Assembly (NCBI GenBank): GCA_003483565.1
Contig: DMYZ01000231.1
Coordinates: 8,051 to 72,050, forward strand
Reading direction: 5' to 3'
DNA: 64,000 nt
From: Prevotella sp.
GTDB taxonomy: Bacteria; Bacteroidota; Bacteroidia; Bacteroidales; Bacteroidaceae
The notes under the pieces: model-generated
Told to the model about the DNA's origin: nothing
The model's database searches: none
What the model saw: only the letters and a program-made list of their open reading frames with translations
Program-made: the position numbers and the translations under genes
Part shown: positions 59,607-64,000 of the stretch, piece after piece
How the letters are laid out: the number at the start of each line of letters is the position of its first letter
Position numbering within the stretch: position 1 is the stretch's first letter

Positions 59607-60683
59607 ATGAAAAACGTAACTTTAGTTTTATCAGACGGTACAAAATTCCACGGCAAGAGCTTTGGTTATGATGCTCCTGTTGCCGGAGAAGTTGTATTTA
59701 ACACTGCTATGATGGGGTATCCGGAGAGTCTTACGGATCCATCTTATGCAGGACAGTTGATGACACTTACTTTTCCTTTGGTAGGAAATTATGGTGTGCC
59801 ACCATTTACGATTGCGAAAAATGGGCTGCCTACCTATATGGAGAGTGATAAAATTTACGCTTCAGCACTCATTGTCAGTGATTATAGTCAGGAATATAGT
59901 CATTGGAATGCTGTTGAAAGCCTTGCAGATTGGCTTAAACGTGAACATGTGCCAGGCATTACCGGAATTGATACTCGTGAGTTGACTAAAGTGCTTCGTG
60001 AGCATGGGGTAATGATGGGCAAGATCCTTTTTGATGATGAACCTGAGAATATTCCTGATGCTCAATATGAAGGAGTAAATTTTGTTGATCAGGTTAGTTG
60101 TAAAGGGATTATCAGGTATAATGAGGGCGCCGGTAAAAAGGTCGTGCTTGTCGATTGTGGAGTGAAAGCTAATATTATACGTTGTCTTATTAAAAGAGGT
60201 GTCGAAGTTATCCGTGTACCTTGGAACTATGATTATACTGGTATGGACTTTGATGGTCTCTTTCTGACGAATGGTCCTGGTGATCCTGATATGTGTATGG
60301 ATGCTGTCAGAATAATACAAAAGCAGATGAATGCAAGCCGCAAACCTATCTGTGGCATTTGTATGGGTAATCAGCTCCTTGCAAAGGCGGGAGGAGCTAC
60401 CGTATACAAACTGAAGTATGGCCATCGTAGTCAAAATCAGCCAGTAAGACTTATCGGGACTAATCATTGTTATATTACAACACAGAATCATGGTTATGCT
60501 GTAGATGCACAGACCTTAGGAAAGGATTGGGAGGAACTCTTTGTTAATATGAATGATGGTTCAAATGAAGGTATCCGACATAAAGAAAATCCTTGGTTTA
60601 GCAGCCAGTTCCATCCTGAGGCTTGTGCTGGTCCTGTTGATACGGAATTCCTCTTTGACAAGTTTGTTGAAACCTTGAAATAA
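59607..60683 (+). CDS. carA: carbamoyl-phosphate synthase small subunit
   Basis: GEVVFNT, LTDPSYAGQ, NGPGDP, GICMG, QNHGY, QFHPEA. Confidence 0.97.
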   Translation: MKNVTLVLSDGTKFHGKSFGYDAPVAGEVVFNTAMMGYPESLTDPSYAGQLMTLTFPLVGNYGVPPFTIAKNGLPTYMESDKIYASALIVSDYSQEYSHWNAVESLADWLKREHVPGITGIDTRELTKVLREHGVMMGKILFDDEPENIPDAQYEGVNFVDQVSCKGIIRYNEGAGKKVVLVDCGVKANIIRCLIKRGVEVIRVPWNYDYTGMDFDGLFLTNGPGDPDMCMDAVRIIQKQMNASRKPICGICMGNQLLAKAGGATVYKLKYGHRSQNQPVRLIGTNHCYITTQNHGYAVDAQTLGKDWEELFVNMNDGSNEGIRHKENPWFSSQFHPEACAGPVDTEFLFDKFVETLK

Positions 60684-60737
60684 GCCATGGCGTAAAAATG
60701 GCTAAATGAGTTATTAGTTCTATAAAGAAATCATTAT

Positions 60738-63700
60738 ATGAAAGACGAAAATATAAAGAAAGTGCTTCTCCTTGGTTCTGGAGCTCTGAAAATTGGTGAG
60801 GCTGGTGAATTTGATTATTCTGGTTCTCAGGCTTTGAAAGCATTGCGTGAGGAAAAAGTCGAAACGGTTTTAATTAACCCTAATATTGCTACGGTGCAAA
60901 CTTCTGAGGGAGTTGCAGATCAAATTTATTTTTTACCTATTCAACCTTATTTTGTGGAGCGTGTCATTCAAAAAGAACATCCTGATGGCATCCTGCTTTC
61001 TTTTGGTGGACAGACTGCTTTGAACTGTGGTGTAGAATTGGAGCGTAGCGGCATTCTTAAGAAATATAATGTGAGAGTTCTTGGTACCCCTGTAGAGGCT
61101 ATCATGAATACAGAGGATCGCGAACTTTTCGTAGAACAGTTGAATCAAATCAACGTTAAAACTATTAGAAGTGAAGCTTGCGAAAATATTCAGCAGGCAC
61201 GAAAGGCTGCAAAGGAAGTTGGTTATCCTGTTATTATCCGTGCTGCTTATGCACTTGGAGGACTTGGATCCGGTTTTGCTGATAATGAAGAAGAATTAAA
61301 TAAGCTGGCAGAGAAAGCTTTCTCTTTTTCTCCTCAGGTCCTTGTGGAAAAGAGCCTTAAAGGATGGAAGGAAATAGAATATGAAGTAGTACGTGACCGC
61401 TTTGATAACTGTATTACGGTATGTAATATGGAAAACTTTGATCCACTGGGTATTCATACTGGGGAAAGTATCGTTATAGCGCCGTCGCAGACTTTATCTA
61501 ATAGTGAATATCATAAACTGCGTGCCCTTTCTATTAATATCGTTCGTCATATCGGCATCATTGGAGAATGTAATGTTCAGTATGCTTTTGATCCCAATAG
61601 TGAGGACTATCGTGTTATTGAAGTGAATGCTCGTCTGAGTCGTTCTTCGGCTTTGGCTTCTAAAGCTACAGGTTATCCTTTGGCTTTTGTTGCAGCAAAA
61701 CTCGGAATGGGATATGGGCTCTTCGAACTGAAGAATTCGGTGACAAAGACTACATCAGCTTTCTTTGAACCGGCTCTTGATTATGTTGTCTGCAAGATTC
61801 CTCGTTGGGATTTATCTAAATTCCGTGGTGTTGACCGTGAACTGGGATCTTCAATGAAATCTGTAGGTGAGGTTATGTCTATAGGACGTACCTTTGAGGA
61901 AGCCATTCAGAAGGGACTTCGCATGATAGGACAGGGAATGCATGGTTTCGTTGAAAATAAAGAGCTGGAGATAGATGATATTGATGCTGCTCTTCGGGAA
62001 CCGACAGATAAGCGTATCTTTGTTATCTCTAAAGCTATGCATAAGGGATATACTGTCGACCAGATTCATGAATTGACGAAAATAGACAAGTGGTTTTTGC
62101 AGAAACTGAAGCATATTATAGATATTGATGAAAAACTTAAAAAGTTTACTTCTGTTAATGTTCTTGGTATAGATATTCTTCGTGAAGCTAAAGTTTATGG
62201 TTTTACAGATTTCCAAATTGCTCGTGCAGTGCATCTGGATGATGAGATTAAAAATAAACACAAGGCTATGCTGGTTGTCCGTAACCTCAGAAAGAGTTAT
62301 GGCATCTTACCTGTTGTAAAGCAGATTGATACTCTTGCAGCCGAGTATCCGGCTCAGACAAATTATCTGTACTTTACTTATTTAGGAGTGAAGAGTGATA
62401 TCAATTATGAGAATGACCACAAGTCAGTGATAGTTCTTGGTAGTGGTGCATATAGAATAGGCAGTTCTGTTGAGTTTGACTGGTGTGGTGTACAGGCTTT
62501 GAATACGATCCGTAAGGCGGGATATCGTTCTGTGATGATCAATTATAATCCTGAGACAGTAAGCACTGACTATGATATGTGTGATCGTTTGTATTTTGAT
62601 GACCTTTCTTTTGAGCGTGTCATGGACATCATAGATCTTGAAAATCCTCATGGAGTTATCGTAAGTACAGGTGGGCAGATTCCTAATAATCTGGCAATGT
62701 TCCTTGATCAGGAAAATGTTCCTATTTTGGGTACAGCTGCTAAGGATATTGATAATGCAGAGGACCGTGTTAAATTCTCTGCTATGCTTACCCGTAATAA
62801 TATTAATCAGCCGGAGTGGAGTGCATTGACCAGCATGGCTGATATTGATGACTTCGTCAAGAGAGTCGGTTTCCCTGTTCTTGTGCGTCCTTCGTATGTC
62901 CTTTCCGGAGCGGCGATGAATGTTTGCTCTAATGAAGATGAATTGAAGCGATTCCTCCAGTTGGCAGCAAATGTCGGTGAGGATCACCCAGTAGTGGTGA
63001 GCAAGTTTATTGAACATGCTAAAGAAATAGAGATGGATGCAGTTGCCAAAAATGGTGACATTCTAGCTTATGCTATCAGCGAGCATATCGAATTTGCAGG
63101 TGTTCATTCTGGTGATGCAACAATTCAGTTCCCTCCTCAAAAATTATATGTAGAAACCGTACGTCGCATTAAGCGTATCAGTCGGCAAATTGCCAGAGAA
63201 CTTCATATTAGCGGGCCTTTTAATATTCAGTATATGGCTCGTGAAAATGAAATCCTTGTTATAGAATGTAACTTGCGTGCTTCCCGTTCTTTTCCATTCG
63301 TTAGTAAAGTCCTGAAGATTAACTTGATTGAATTGGCAACGAAAGTGATGCTTGGTCTTCCTGTAGAAAAACCGGAGAAGAATTTATTTGATTTGGATTA
63401 TGTAGGTATCAAGGCTAGTCAGTTCTCTTTTAATCGTCTTCAGAAAGCTGACCCTGTATTGGGGGTGGATATGAGCTCAACAGGTGAAGTCGGTTGCTTG
63501 GGTGATGATACAAATACAGCTCTGTTGAAGAGTATGCTCAGTGTTGGACAGCGTATTCCTAAACAGAATGTCTTGTTGTCTACAGGTGGAGCTCATCAAA
63601 AGGCTGACATGCTTGATGCTGCTAAACAGTTAATCCAACATGGTTATAAACTTTTCGCTACCCCTGGTACTAGCAAGTATCTTGCTGAAAATGGTATAGA

Positions 63701-63965
63701 AAATACTTTGGTATATTGGCCGTCTGAAGCGGATAAACAACCTCAAGCCCTTGATATGCTTCATAAGAAGAATATTGATATGGTTGTCAATATTCCTAAA
63801 AACCTTACCAGCAATGAGCTGACTAATGGTTATAAGATACGGCGTGCTGCTATTGATCTGAATATTCCTCTAATTACTAACAGTCGTTTGGCCAGTGCCT
63901 TTATCAATGCATTTTGTACTTTAAGTTTGGATGATATTGATATTAAGGCATGGGGTGAATATTAA
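60738..63965 (+). CDS. carB: carbamoyl-phosphate synthase large subunit
   Basis: GSGALKIGEAGEFDYSG, two ATP-grasp halves (IEVNARLSRSS, IECNLRASRS), MGS domain. Confidence 0.97.
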   Translation: MKDENIKKVLLLGSGALKIGEAGEFDYSGSQALKALREEKVETVLINPNIATVQTSEGVADQIYFLPIQPYFVERVIQKEHPDGILLSFGGQTALNCGVELERSGILKKYNVRVLGTPVEAIMNTEDRELFVEQLNQINVKTIRSEACENIQQARKAAKEVGYPVIIRAAYALGGLGSGFADNEEELNKLAEKAFSFSPQVLVEKSLKGWKEIEYEVVRDRFDNCITVCNMENFDPLGIHTGESIVIAPSQTLSNSEYHKLRALSINIVRHIGIIGECNVQYAFDPNSEDYRVIEVNARLSRSSALASKATGYPLAFVAAKLGMGYGLFELKNSVTKTTSAFFEPALDYVVCKIPRWDLSKFRGVDRELGSSMKSVGEVMSIGRTFEEAIQKGLRMIGQGMHGFVENKELEIDDIDAALREPTDKRIFVISKAMHKGYTVDQIHELTKIDKWFLQKLKHIIDIDEKLKKFTSVNVLGIDILREAKVYGFTDFQIARAVHLDDEIKNKHKAMLVVRNLRKSYGILPVVKQIDTLAAEYPAQTNYLYFTYLGVKSDINYENDHKSVIVLGSGAYRIGSSVEFDWCGVQALNTIRKAGYRSVMINYNPETVSTDYDMCDRLYFDDLSFERVMDIIDLENPHGVIVSTGGQIPNNLAMFLDQENVPILGTAAKDIDNAEDRVKFSAMLTRNNINQPEWSALTSMADIDDFVKRVGFPVLVRPSYVLSGAAMNVCSNEDELKRFLQLAANVGEDHPVVVSKFIEHAKEIEMDAVAKNGDILAYAISEHIEFAGVHSGDATIQFPPQKLYVETVRRIKRISRQIARELHISGPFNIQYMARENEILVIECNLRASRSFPFVSKVLKINLIELATKVMLGLPVEKPEKNLFDLDYVGIKASQFSFNRLQKADPVLGVDMSSTGEVGCLGDDTNTALLKSMLSVGQRIPKQNVLLSTGGAHQKADMLDAAKQLIQHGYKLFATPGTSKYLAENGIENTLVYWPSEADKQPQALDMLHKKNIDMVVNIPKNLTSNELTNGYKIRRAAIDLNIPLITNSRLASAFINAFCTLSLDDIDIKAWGEY

Positions 63966-64000
63966 AATTCTTTTTTGAGATAAAGAATAAGGATTAGCCT

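Noticed and set aside
52034-63017. Many 60-200 aa antisense or alternative-frame ORFs inside ftsK, wza, carA, carB and other genes
   Set aside because: Shadow ORFs of well-supported genes with no independent motifs or expression signals

Overview
AT-rich Bacteroidales chromosome segment, most likely Prevotellaceae (short Bacteroidetes-type rpoD, many TAnnTTTG/TTTG promoters, typical gene content). It is mostly core housekeeping: nadC, rpoD, htrA, rnpB, proS, mtgA, uvrD/pcrA, panC-panD, an acyl-CoA carboxyltransferase/biotin carrier cluster, relA, recQ, gyrA, valS, mazG, rnz, an ECF sigma module, maf, ftsK, rlmI, purF-carA-carB, tRNA-Cys and tRNA-Arg. I see no prophage, integrase, IS or CRISPR array. 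The most interesting unexplained signals are: (1) an orphan RiPP-like cassette (HPr-kinase-like P-loop protein, soluble S26 peptidase, stand-alone PqqD/RRE) apparently in the rpoD operon, with no precursor or cyclase nearby; (2) two intergenic transcription units with a consensus promoter and terminator but no convincing ORF (about 70 nt and 260 nt), sharing an AGGTTAA motif and GTGA-capped hairpins, so candidate paralogous sRNAs; (3) 22-bp-period dyad arrays downstream of both tRNA genes, one containing a perfect 26-27 bp inverted repeat. All calls come from reading motifs by eye; no database searches were run.
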